A DNA stretch of 64,000 nt. Origin: Trypanosoma brucei. Taxonomy: Eukaryota. The stretch lies in contig CM000208.1 of assembly GCA_000002445.1 (NCBI GenBank), positions 2,112,001 to 2,176,000 of the forward strand. The letters run 5' to 3'. Below the pieces are notes generated by a model. The model searched no databases, was not told where the DNA came from, and saw only the letters and a list, made by a program, of their open reading frames with translations. A program made the translations under genes and the position numbers. Shown here in pieces: positions 39,856-49,450 of the stretch (position 1 is its first letter; each line of letters begins with the position of its first letter).

Positions 39856-41613
39856 ATGCCCGTCCATGCCCATGCCATGTGGAATTCTCTTTGCTTCTAC
39901 AAGGCGTATTTACCACCAGAGGACACCGTAAGGGCAACTGGCTACGTGGTATTGGCTCTGGAGGAACCGGAAGAGGAGGTTTCGCCGGTACCGCGTGAGA
40001 ACTCAAACGAGAGGGGCGTATCGCCATCGCTGTCGCATTTGGATTGGCCAGATGATGGCGCTTTATTTCCAGGGGACCGATTGACCGCCGGCGCAGCGAC
40101 GAACAGCTCCCAGCTAAGCGATTTACCACCATCCCATGAGAGGTCAGTGATGGATAGGGACACCAAACTTCAGTTTTTTCTTTTCCGAAAGGAAGACGTC
40201 TCGCCGCCGTATATGAAGGGGATGCTCGGTAAAATACGTCATTGTTTTTTGCTCTGTTTGCAAGGCGATCGTGGGAACCCATGCCACTGCCACAGGGCAC
40301 ACCTTTTGAACGAAGATGCCTGGCGTTTGAAGCTCAGTTCATTTGATTTTTCAACTCTGTGTGTGTCATCCAACTTTTCGTTACGGTACATAGACGTCAC
40401 TCACGTCCGTCCGACCGCGGGGTTTTTGTTCACCTGTGGTCTGCTTCACGAGCGAATCATTGTCGCGGCGCAACCTATTCTCTGCCGCTACAATGACAAG
40501 TGCCGCTACGGTTCGCAGTGCCTTTTCGTTCATGCTGACATTGGTGGTGACAATCTCACAAAAACGACAGCCGCCACCCCCCTGAGAAATTTGTTGCCCC
40601 CACAGGAGGGTCTCGACACTTTTTTGGCTCAGTTGGAGGAGGTGGAGCTCCAAACTGTAGGGGATGTGCAACGGCTGAGCACAAAGGCATTTGACGCTTT
40701 TGTCGGCGGATGTGAACCACAATGGACCCCATTATGGCTAAACATATCTATTTTCCGTGAAATTCAACCCAAGGCATCGCTGGAAAGTGTGCTAATTTCT
40801 TTTCCTGGTGTTACTGCGCCGGTAGTTCTGCCGCCAAATCTGACAAACGTACTTTCGTTGTTGGACATGTCTCAGAAAGATTTCTACAAACTGAAACTCA
40901 CCATCAATGTACAGGCAGCGTGCGAAAAGATACGGGCCCGCTTTTGGTCTAGCAGAGATTACAGGACGTTAGACCTCAAAAGGGAAGGTGCGAAATCCTT
41001 TTTCACGAACATCACTTTAGAAATTTTACAGTTTCGATCAACAATGGCGGACTGTAGTTGGCGCAAGAAGGATCCAATGCGGCAGGTGGTGACCTCGCTG
41101 ATGACGTACGTGGATCACAAGAAGTGTCACTGCAATGTCACTTGCGGGAGCCGAAGGCACTGGTCGATGCATAAGCCAGCACTATCTTCCAACGGAAATG
41201 GGATGAGTAATGCCACATTTCCCGACCATTCCTGGTGTACATGTCCGCGTTCTACTGTGATGGCTGTCAACTATGAGCTCAGCACACCCAGCGGCTCTCG
41301 ATGCTCGGAGCAAAATGCACTGGGTAAATTGGCATCCATGGGCCTCCCCACATGTGCTGTACGGGAAGTATTTGTGCATGGGGAACATCAGGGATCAAAA
41401 AAGGACCCTAATCCGTTGTTTCCATGCGGTGTCTGTGAGAATATGTTGCGGAAGGTTGCCCACGATGTATTGGAAATTCATGGTGGAGACGTTATGTTGT
41501 ACATGTACGACTCCACTCACAACCCCAAGAGACTTGTTTATCTTCCCATAACCGAAATTTCTTATAGAGACGACATGGGGTTTAGGGAGTTTGTGGCGGA
41601 TCTTCATGAGTAG
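39856..41613 (+). CDS. putative CCCH zinc-knuckle protein with a C-terminal cytidine/dCMP-deaminase-like zinc motif
   Basis: This is a 585-aa ORF. A C-x5-C-x5-C-x3-H motif, LCRYNDKCRYGSQCLFVHAD, is at nt about 40480-40540. The C-terminal region SRCSEQNALGKLASMG...(38 aa)...PCGVCENMLRKV (nt about 41293-41450) matches the deaminase-superfamily zinc signature C/H-[AS]-E-x2-A-[LI] followed by PCxxC. The start codon is uncertain because the 39856 ATG sits inside a polypyrimidine tract and the next in-frame Met is at about 40150. Confidence 0.65.
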   Translation: MPVHAHAMWNSLCFYKAYLPPEDTVRATGYVVLALEEPEEEVSPVPRENSNERGVSPSLSHLDWPDDGALFPGDRLTAGAATNSSQLSDLPPSHERSVMDRDTKLQFFLFRKEDVSPPYMKGMLGKIRHCFLLCLQGDRGNPCHCHRAHLLNEDAWRLKLSSFDFSTLCVSSNFSLRYIDVTHVRPTAGFLFTCGLLHERIIVAAQPILCRYNDKCRYGSQCLFVHADIGGDNLTKTTAATPLRNLLPPQEGLDTFLAQLEEVELQTVGDVQRLSTKAFDAFVGGCEPQWTPLWLNISIFREIQPKASLESVLISFPGVTAPVVLPPNLTNVLSLLDMSQKDFYKLKLTINVQAACEKIRARFWSSRDYRTLDLKREGAKSFFTNITLEILQFRSTMADCSWRKKDPMRQVVTSLMTYVDHKKCHCNVTCGSRRHWSMHKPALSSNGNGMSNATFPDHSWCTCPRSTVMAVNYELSTPSGSRCSEQNALGKLASMGLPTCAVREVFVHGEHQGSKKDPNPLFPCGVCENMLRKVAHDVLEIHGGDVMLYMYDSTHNPKRLVYLPITEISYRDDMGFREFVADLHE

Positions 41614-42241
41614 TGGTACCTTATTGTTACTCTCGGTATTTTCACGCACACCTCCCCCCTTGTCAACTCCTCTACCTTCCTTTCGTTTGGAGCGGTAGAT
41701 GTTTTGCGGGTGGATATCCATTCGATGTCTGTTTGTAGTTTTTTTTCTTTCTTTTTATCGCGGTTATTTGGTTGTCTCTTCACAGCGTTCGTCAAATGCC
41801 ACGCGGAAGCTATGTGAATATGCAAGCATTTGTTCCTCTTGATGTTGTCTTGGTCTTTTTCTATTTTGTTTGCGCTGGTGTGTACGTTTTTGTGAGACAT
41901 CAATTCAATCTTACGTTTGTTTTGTCTATGCGGCTGAGCGACGCAGCGGACGTAGTCGTAATCACTTTCGTGCAATCAATTCCCACTTTTAATATCTGTT
42001 TGGAGACTCGCCATTGTTCATTCTGTTTTGTTTCTCCAGCCAAATTCCCCGTCGACTGATTCGCTAACCGCATGCGGTGGGTTAACGGATGAAGCGTATC
42101 TGAGGGCGTGTCCACTTTTTTTTTTGCTTTCTTTTAACTACTAATACTAATTCTGTTAGTAAATATATTTTCATCTTGTTTTTCACCTCCCTTGTCTCGC
42201 CTCTGCCCCTCTCAAAAGCAAAAAAAAACAAGTGAAGAATT

Positions 42242-43882
42242 ATGACCACAATTTTAGAAAATGACAGAGCCTTCCGCATCGAATCAAATAGGGCAATGAC
42301 GGTTTCCATCCATCTTATTGCCGTGGTATTGGCTTTTTTGACTCTAATTCTTGCGCCAACAGAAGTGGAGGGCGTCCCGGCTATACAGTACAAAACAAGT
42401 ACGCGAAGGACAATGAACTGCGATAGGTTCACCAAGAACATCGATGAATGCGATACCGATAAGTACCATACGCTTTTACTTCTTCAAGCACTTCCATACA
42501 TTTTGGTGGCCGTGTCTCTGTTATTTTTCATACCCATTTACTTTGTTTGCAAATATGTGTTTGACTGCTGTGGTGGGCGGAGGCAAAGCGTTAATTTCTG
42601 CCACCCCGACAAACGCAGCGCAACCGTCTACAACCGAATGGACCTTTTGCGACCGCGTATATTTGCAGTAGTCGCCGCAGTCGTATGTCTCGCAGCAGCA
42701 ATTTTGGGTTGCTTGGCCATGTTGGTTATTCAGCAGTGCATGAGGGATGTTCGTAGCAGGGTACGCAACATCGTGGATATGGCGGTCGGATATGAGAAAT
42801 TACATATGAGTGCAATGAAAGTCGCGCTTTACAATAGCGAAACTGATTCTGAATATCCATTTTTGCTTTCGAGTTTAGAGTCGAATGGACCGCAGTTAAA
42901 CACCTTATTTCGCAGTCGTGTGGAAACAGTCAAGGGCATTTATGACCGAACGGTTTTAAGCGCTGTTAACGCCGGGAGAAGAGCGGGGTTTTGGATGCTC
43001 GGTCTCTTTTTGGCTCCTACAGTCCTTACGCTGGTGGGGCTACCGGTAGCATTTTGTAACTACAGGCGGTACGTCTCCATGTTCCTCTTTTTGTTTATTG
43101 GTGTTTTTGGCATTATTGTGTGGACCACCGCAGGGGCTTTTGCTGCACTCAATTTCTTTATTACGGACAGTTGCTTTGAGGTTGAGGAGTTTGCAGAGGG
43201 ACGCTCCAACATTCTCACCGCCTTATCGGAGTGTGACGAGACAAGTTTAACTAGACCTACGGCTATCATTGAGTCACTCTTTAAATCACAGGCGGGCAAA
43301 ACGTGTGAAATATTGAAACCATATTGCTACAATGACGGACAGGACTCCACATCTAGTGCCACCAGCGGTTCCGTTTTTTCCTGCCCTAAAGACATGTCGT
43401 GTGACAATGTGACGGACCTACAGATGGCTGCATGGGTTGATTCGACAATTGTTATCGCACAGGGAATTGTTAATAACAGTGGCGCTCTCCAAGAGGCGAA
43501 GAATAAAGGACATTTTTGTTCGTCTGTTCGTGACGGGGGAATGTGTGACTTGCGGAAATGCGCCAGTGACTGTAAGTTGGGAAATTCGTTAAGTAATGTT
43601 GGCCGTGTTGCCAAAAGTGTACTGGTGGGAGTAACAGCGGTTTCGAGGGCGCGCGCGATGCACGAGACGGTCGGCAGTGCGCTAGGCAGTTGTGAGTCGG
43701 TTTTAACGACTTTAGCGAGTGCAATGCTCTCCCCATGTAAAACCGCAACCAAAAGTTTGTTCGTCGTGGAGGAGTGCCTTGGCCTTCTTGGCTTAGGCTG
43801 TATTTTAGCTATGTTTGTGTACGCCATAGGGGCGAAACGCTTCATTTCTCTGAAAAAGGCGTACGTCCCACAGAACGACTAA
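42242..43882 (+). CDS. multi-pass membrane protein with a Cys-rich extracytoplasmic loop, hypothetical
   Basis: This is a 546-aa ORF. About six hydrophobic segments are present, including IHLIAVVLAFLTLILAP, LLLLQALPYILVAVSLLFFIPIYFV, IFAVVAAVVCLAAAILGCLAMLVI, FWMLGLFLAPTVLTLVGLPVAF, MFLFLFIGVFGIIVWTTAGAFAALNFFI and LLGLGCILAMFVYAIG. A Cys-rich loop of about 190 aa spans aa about 305-500. Confidence 0.7.
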   Translation: MTTILENDRAFRIESNRAMTVSIHLIAVVLAFLTLILAPTEVEGVPAIQYKTSTRRTMNCDRFTKNIDECDTDKYHTLLLLQALPYILVAVSLLFFIPIYFVCKYVFDCCGGRRQSVNFCHPDKRSATVYNRMDLLRPRIFAVVAAVVCLAAAILGCLAMLVIQQCMRDVRSRVRNIVDMAVGYEKLHMSAMKVALYNSETDSEYPFLLSSLESNGPQLNTLFRSRVETVKGIYDRTVLSAVNAGRRAGFWMLGLFLAPTVLTLVGLPVAFCNYRRYVSMFLFLFIGVFGIIVWTTAGAFAALNFFITDSCFEVEEFAEGRSNILTALSECDETSLTRPTAIIESLFKSQAGKTCEILKPYCYNDGQDSTSSATSGSVFSCPKDMSCDNVTDLQMAAWVDSTIVIAQGIVNNSGALQEAKNKGHFCSSVRDGGMCDLRKCASDCKLGNSLSNVGRVAKSVLVGVTAVSRARAMHETVGSALGSCESVLTTLASAMLSPCKTATKSLFVVEECLGLLGLGCILAMFVYAIGAKRFISLKKAYVPQND

Positions 43883-44477
43883 TAACATTTTCTTTTTACG
43901 TTGTGCTCTCTTTTCGCTCCTTCCCATCGTTCCTTTGCCTCTCCATCTCTCCATCTTCCTCACTTTATTTTTTTTTCTTCCCCCCTCCAGTTCTTTCTAT
44001 TCGTGCTGACAATTACACCATTTTTTATGCTCTTTGAATTGTATGGCTTTACTCGCCATCCATCAATAGTGACACAAGCAGAATGAGCGTGAGGTTTTTA
44101 AGTTGACACGAAATGAATGGAATGGAGGCGAAGAAGAATATGAGCGAGACCCGAGAGATGTTGATTTTGATGAAGCTTTGCGCAGGGAGTAGAAGGGGTG
44201 AGGAAAAAAAAATTCCAAAACTAATAATCACATCTATCTATGAGAAGTACGTATTTTGTTTTCATTCTTACTTTATTTAAATAAATAAATATATATAATT
44301 TTTGCTCATTGGGTGGTTTGGGACCGGAATGACATTATCCGTATCTTTCCTACTGATTTGTTGTTTGCGTTGCGGTGTGGGGCACTTCAGGTAGTAGTGA
44401 CTCTCTTACTTTTTTTTTTACATTTTTGTTTATAGAAGTGGAGGGGAAGTTTGGCACGGCGGGGCGGGCGAGGCGTG

Positions 44478-44503
44478 AGGGGAGGGGGGGGGGGGGCGGG
44501 GGG
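44478..44503 (+). repeat. G-rich tract including G13 (44484-44496) with flanking GGGG blocks
   Basis: Direct reading shows gaggggagggggggggggggcgggggg. Confidence 0.9.
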
Positions 44504-45373
44504 AAACACACGACGCCGTGTGCATTTTTGTTTGCCTTTTTTTTCTTTTTTGTCATGTGTTGTGTTGGTGATGAGGGACGGTGAGGAAAAAGGCCAGTTG
44601 TGAGATTTATGTGTGCTTTGGGACCTAAATGGACTTGGACTGGTATGGAGGTAAGGGAATTTTAATACGATACTCAGTTTGCATGTAGCGCCACTGTGTT
44701 GTACACTGAACCTTGATTTGTGTGTAAGTTAGAGACGAAAAAAGGAGAAAAAAAATTACGTGAGGATTAAAAAAAAAATAATAATAATAAATGCCTTGAG
44801 AAAATGTTGGAATTTACTTTACCACTCGTTTGTGTGCCTTTGCGGTCCCTCTACGGTTTTCCCTTCTTCACTTCACTCCCATTCCGTCTTCTCTTTTTTT
44901 TCTCCCTCCCCATTTTCCTCTGTTTCCTTGCCCCTAGTTACCAATTCTTTCGTTTTCATTTATCCGAATTTGTAAAATGAAACAGAAAATGGAAAGAAAA
45001 GACAAGAAGTGCGGGGGGGGGCGGGAGAAAATGTCACGTGTTAGTATTGCTTTAGTGTTTTTTCGTTTTCACTCTCTCTCTCTCTCCAATATGTTTTGCA
45101 TGCCATATTTCCGCTCCGTCAGTAGTAGAGTGACTTTGTCGGTCTCTGTTGTAACGTTATTGTTTATTATTACTATTATTGTTGATCTCCCCACCATCAT
45201 CTTATTGCTTCTTCTTTTCCCCTTCCCCTTGTTGTTTCTTCCGTTGCGTTATTTTATTTGTACCGTACGCGTTTCCACACATACACACAATATATATATA
45301 TATATGTACTCAATATATACTGTAAGGACACATCCCGCATCTGGAGGGGAAAATAGTTTAGCGAATCACGCAG

Positions 45374-46240
45374 ATGTCATCGCTTGCCGAGAGACTCGTG
45401 CAACAGTTGCTGAAATTTCATCAACGTGGAGCTGAGCTCGAACAGGAGCAGAAGACGCTTGCGGAGGAGGAGAAATGCAACCAAACTCTCCAGGAACGCC
45501 TCAAACAAATGCAAGAACAAGTGCAGAAGGTGCGGGAAATTCGTGCGGTACTTAACGAACACAACCGTGCGGCGGAGGAAAAGTATGAGCAGGCAATAAA
45601 AGATGATGAGGCAAAGCGGGCGCTGATGTCAGAGGAATTGCAGGCAACTTTATCAGAGGTGAATTCATATGCAGAGGAAATTGCGCACATGGAAGCAAAA
45701 GCAGCGCAAGAGAATAAGCTACTGAAGGAACAACTTGAGATATACACCAGATTTCACTTGGATGGGCAGGACAAATACAATGAAATCATGCGTTCCAGGG
45801 AGCAGGAATACGCCAAGTTGGAGGCGAAGAAGGAAGCGGACGCCGCCCGGAAACCGCAGCTTCTGGCCGAATTATCGGAAGAGAATGAGCGTTTCCTTCA
45901 AACTCGCAAGGAGGAAAAGGAACTTGAAGTTCTAATGGATGGTTGGGTGGCACGTGTAACGGAGCTTCAAGAAAGGTTTTTAAAAGCAAGAAGGTTCTTT
46001 GAAAGTTTTAAGGAAGAAAAGGAAAGACATGTGAAGCGGATTCGATCACTTGAAAGTGAAAAAACCGTGTTGTTGGCGCGGGTGGAAAGATGTAGAGCAG
46101 AGCGTGACAAGGAGCAAGCAAAGGCGAAGGCATTCGAGGAAAAGGTCATCACACAAAAGAAACAGATAGAGAAACTTAGTGCCGTTGCACACATGCTCGA
46201 GTCCGGAAGCTTAGCAGAGAGTACGGATGCGGCAACATAG
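45374..46240 (+). CDS. coiled-coil protein, hypothetical
   Basis: This is a 288-aa ORF that is almost entirely charged heptad-type sequence (EQEQKTLAEEEKCNQTLQERLKQMQEQVQKVREIRAV...). It sits after a polypyrimidine-rich upstream region (45100-45260). Confidence 0.65.
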   Translation: MSSLAERLVQQLLKFHQRGAELEQEQKTLAEEEKCNQTLQERLKQMQEQVQKVREIRAVLNEHNRAAEEKYEQAIKDDEAKRALMSEELQATLSEVNSYAEEIAHMEAKAAQENKLLKEQLEIYTRFHLDGQDKYNEIMRSREQEYAKLEAKKEADAARKPQLLAELSEENERFLQTRKEEKELEVLMDGWVARVTELQERFLKARRFFESFKEEKERHVKRIRSLESEKTVLLARVERCRAERDKEQAKAKAFEEKVITQKKQIEKLSAVAHMLESGSLAESTDAAT

Positions 46241-46747
46241 AGAGTTTTCCTGTTTCCCTTTCTCTTTTTTATATTTTTATTTCTGCCTTTTTTTGTTTTG
46301 TCCTGCCCGCGTGTGTGTGTGTGTGTGTGTTTTTGTTTTTTTGTTCTTCCATGTTTCGGACGTCTATCGGTGTGTATGGTAAAAAGATATGTTGTAACCG
46401 CACATCGTAATGACCTTGACATATTCACCAGGTGCATTCGCCCGTGCCGTTTGTGTTTTGAGTTTCCACAGCTAATTGTGAAGAAATAGGGTTTAATAAC
46501 GGTTATGGTGTCCACCACCTGTCTGGTGGGCCCCACGTGGGTGGCCCCTCAATTAGTTATTACTATTACTATTATTAATATTGTTGATGTCATTTCTTCT
46601 CATTTTGTTGTCTGGGTTTCGTCCCTGTGTTCCGTTTTACCTTGTCGCTGTGGTTGTATACACGCTTTGCATTGCGGCCTTCTTTTTGTTTTTTTTTGTC
46701 TTCACGTGACTCCTCACCTCAAAAAAAAAAATACAAGGCAATTTAAA

Positions 46748-48217
46748 ATGTACTCGGATAGCGAGAGCATTATTAGTGAGTTTGACGACTTTACTTCTGA
46801 TGAGGACCCAGAAATGGATGACTTTGATCGTTTGCTCGATGAACAGGTAGAGCATCAGGAGGATTCTCTTTACACGTTGCGTCTCTCCTATTTGCGGCTT
46901 TTTGAGGATGAAGATGGCCCACTTCGATCAGCATTCCCCGACTTATATGTTCCATCTAAGGAGATTCTTCTTGACTTGAGTAACGTGTTAAGTTGTGAGG
47001 GGGATTGTGAGGAGGATGGGGAAAATGTGGAATATGAAGGAGAAGATATTGACTGGGAGGCTGCAGCGAAAGATCATGAGGCATTTGATAAACACGGGGA
47101 AGAGGGGGGTGATGATGGAGATGCGGAGGAAAATCATGACGTGCGACTACAACCGGAAAACGGGTGTGCGGAAACCACTTTGAGAACTGTTGGGAAACCA
47201 AGCCCTGCCACAAAATTCATGGACAAGCACCGAGGAAATTCTTTACTTGTTGAGGTGGGGTTAACAGTGAGTCGCAGCGAACTCAGGGAGCGTCATGTGG
47301 CGCAGTACCCAGATATTGACTTTGTTGTGGGTTACATTCAAAGGGAACCCACAGGTTGGGCACTACTAATGACCGAAGATCCCAACACGGTAGAAGGGAT
47401 CAAGTCATATTACCCTTCTCACCGTTTGGCAACCGAAAGTGATTACGTTATGTTTTTCAGGTCTACACACCCCAAAAAGACAGGTTTTGTGACTATCCCT
47501 AATCCTCCGCAGAGGCAACAAAAGAAGGGACGGAGGCAATATATCAGGCAGATGCAAAGTTCTGCCGCTCTATCTGCTCACATCGAGGCGATGGGAGGAA
47601 TGCAAAATGCTATTTTTGTGTTCCTTGACGTGGAGGCAGCTGTGGTTCAAAAGAATTCTGTCCCCCTTCCGCTGGAGATTGCGCTGGTTCCGAGTGGAGG
47701 TGATCATTCCTTCCAACCTTTCCATTGTTTCCTTCATCCAGGCGTGATAGAAAATTCCCAAGTAGCATTAGGACTAAGTTGCGGTGCAATTCCCTCAAGT
47801 CACCACGTACCACTAAACAATGTCACGTTTCTTCGCCGTGACTACACGAAAGTTGCTGAGGAGATTTCCCAGTTTTTGTCTTGCGAGCGGGTAGTGCTTA
47901 TCAACAAGGGTTCTCTTATGGATGTTCAGGCTCTGCGGTGGGTATTTGGAGCTGCTCGGATTGCAGAAAGCAGTAACATGCCCATACCCAAACTGGAGGA
48001 TATTGCTTGTTTTGATATCCAAGCCTTAAAGAAACTACTCGCACAGGGTGAATGGCGGGAAACTAAAGGTGATGCGGCGGAGACTCATGGTGAATTCTGT
48101 TGGTACCATGCCGGTATGCAAGAAGGGTTGAGGAGAGAAATTGTTGGATATACGGAGTCGCACTGTGCATTAAAAGATGCTCAGGTAATTCATGGCGTGG
48201 TGCAGAGGTATCTTTAA
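46748..48217 (+). CDS. DEDDh-family 3'-5' exonuclease with an acidic N-terminal extension
   Basis: The frame is open from 46505, but the first 81 codons translate a pyrimidine-rich tract. The Met at 46748 (MYSDSESIISEFDDF) is the likely start. Exo motif I is IFVFLDVEAAV (nt about 47612-47645). Exo motif II is VLINKGSLMDVQALRWVF (nt about 47890-47945). Exo motif III, with H-x4-D, is YTESHCALKDAQVIH (nt about 48150-48190). Confidence 0.8.
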   Translation: MYSDSESIISEFDDFTSDEDPEMDDFDRLLDEQVEHQEDSLYTLRLSYLRLFEDEDGPLRSAFPDLYVPSKEILLDLSNVLSCEGDCEEDGENVEYEGEDIDWEAAAKDHEAFDKHGEEGGDDGDAEENHDVRLQPENGCAETTLRTVGKPSPATKFMDKHRGNSLLVEVGLTVSRSELRERHVAQYPDIDFVVGYIQREPTGWALLMTEDPNTVEGIKSYYPSHRLATESDYVMFFRSTHPKKTGFVTIPNPPQRQQKKGRRQYIRQMQSSAALSAHIEAMGGMQNAIFVFLDVEAAVVQKNSVPLPLEIALVPSGGDHSFQPFHCFLHPGVIENSQVALGLSCGAIPSSHHVPLNNVTFLRRDYTKVAEEISQFLSCERVVLINKGSLMDVQALRWVFGAARIAESSNMPIPKLEDIACFDIQALKKLLAQGEWRETKGDAAETHGEFCWYHAGMQEGLRREIVGYTESHCALKDAQVIHGVVQRYL

Positions 48218-48820
48218 CCTTCACATAGTTACGTTCCCTGTGGTCGCGCTGTGACCGCATTTATTATTATAATTTTGTTCGCTTTCACACACCTCTTTTA
48301 TTTCTCCCCGCGTTTTTACTAACCGTGAGGTGGAGCAAAGGCATGTATTCGGCGAGACATTGATTACTTAAACTCGAGAAGAGCATAAATTAAACTTGAT
48401 TTCACTTGTGTGCTTTTCCGTACGGGACTTCGCTTTTTTTTTTTTAAAGTCGCTTCAACCTGTCTGTTATTTGCTGATTGACTAAATTCTTTTATTTTTT
48501 TTCCCCCTTTTCATCCTCTTCTTCTTAGAGACCCCAAGCACTGAAGGCTTGCGGTTACTCACGCAAAACATTTTTTTTTGTTTTGTATCATTTGGGTCAG
48601 AGGCAGTAAAACACCAAGAGGGGGGAAAAAAAAAGAAGAGCAGTTAAAAACAAAACAAAGCAACGACAGAAATAATAATAGTAATAATAGAAAAGAAGTA
48701 GAGCGGAAACGATACCAGAAAAAATAGAAGTGATAAGTAACTGTGTCAACAGTGAACATCGACAGAAGGAGGAAGTAACAGCGACGGCGAGTGGAGAGAG
48801 GGAAAGTTATTAATATAGAT

Positions 48821-49450
48821 ATGTTCCGCGCTTGTTTGCGTTTTCTAGCTGTGAGTCCCTTCACACTTTTTATGATGGATCAAAAAAACAATCCCGCACT
48901 GAAGGGATGTGCTATCTCTAAGAGAGGGAAATTACTCTCTAAGATGTATAAGGAACTCTCGCAAAACCAACGGCGTGAACTTAATATGCGTGCCGCCCGC
49001 CATCCGAACCTTGGGAAGCGGTCGAAGACAGAAATAACTGATGAAAAGCGCTCGTCGCGTCGCAAGAGCAAAGGAACTTTCGCAACGTTTGTGAAGAATA
49101 ACTACGCATCAGTGCGTGGATTGAATTATCGCAAGCGGTTTGCAGCACTTTCCAAGTTATATAACTTATCCCGGCCTATACAAATGGAGGAAGTAATTAA
49201 AAGTATGCCAAAAGGGCATTCCCTTGCTGCGTTGCCTGGAGGAAAGGGTTCCGCTAGTGTTAAGGCAAAAGAGAAGGAAGTAGTAATAGCGAAGGCAGTT
49301 CAGGACGCTAGTGAAATGTTGCGAGCGGCGCAAAAAGAAGGGGGAAAATCCGATACAAGTGAAAAGAAACCAACACGGAAGGGACGGGGAGCACCGAAAA
49401 AGGAAGAGAAACCAACTCAAAAAGAAAAGAAGGTAACGAAAAAAAAGTGA
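48821..49450 (+). CDS. lysine-rich basic protein, possible kinetoplast-associated/HMG-box-like DNA-binding protein
   Basis: The ORF is open from 48791, and the Met at 48821 begins MFRACLRFLAVSPFTLF, which resembles a mitochondrial presequence. The body is very basic and K/R/A-rich (KRGKLLSKMYKEL...RKSKGTFATFVKNNYASVRGLNYRKRFAALSKLYNL...KKPTRKGRGAPKKEEKPTQKEKKVTKKK). Confidence 0.5.
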   Translation: MFRACLRFLAVSPFTLFMMDQKNNPALKGCAISKRGKLLSKMYKELSQNQRRELNMRAARHPNLGKRSKTEITDEKRSSRRKSKGTFATFVKNNYASVRGLNYRKRFAALSKLYNLSRPIQMEEVIKSMPKGHSLAALPGGKGSASVKAKEKEVVIAKAVQDASEMLRAAQKEGGKSDTSEKKPTRKGRGAPKKEEKPTQKEKKVTKKK

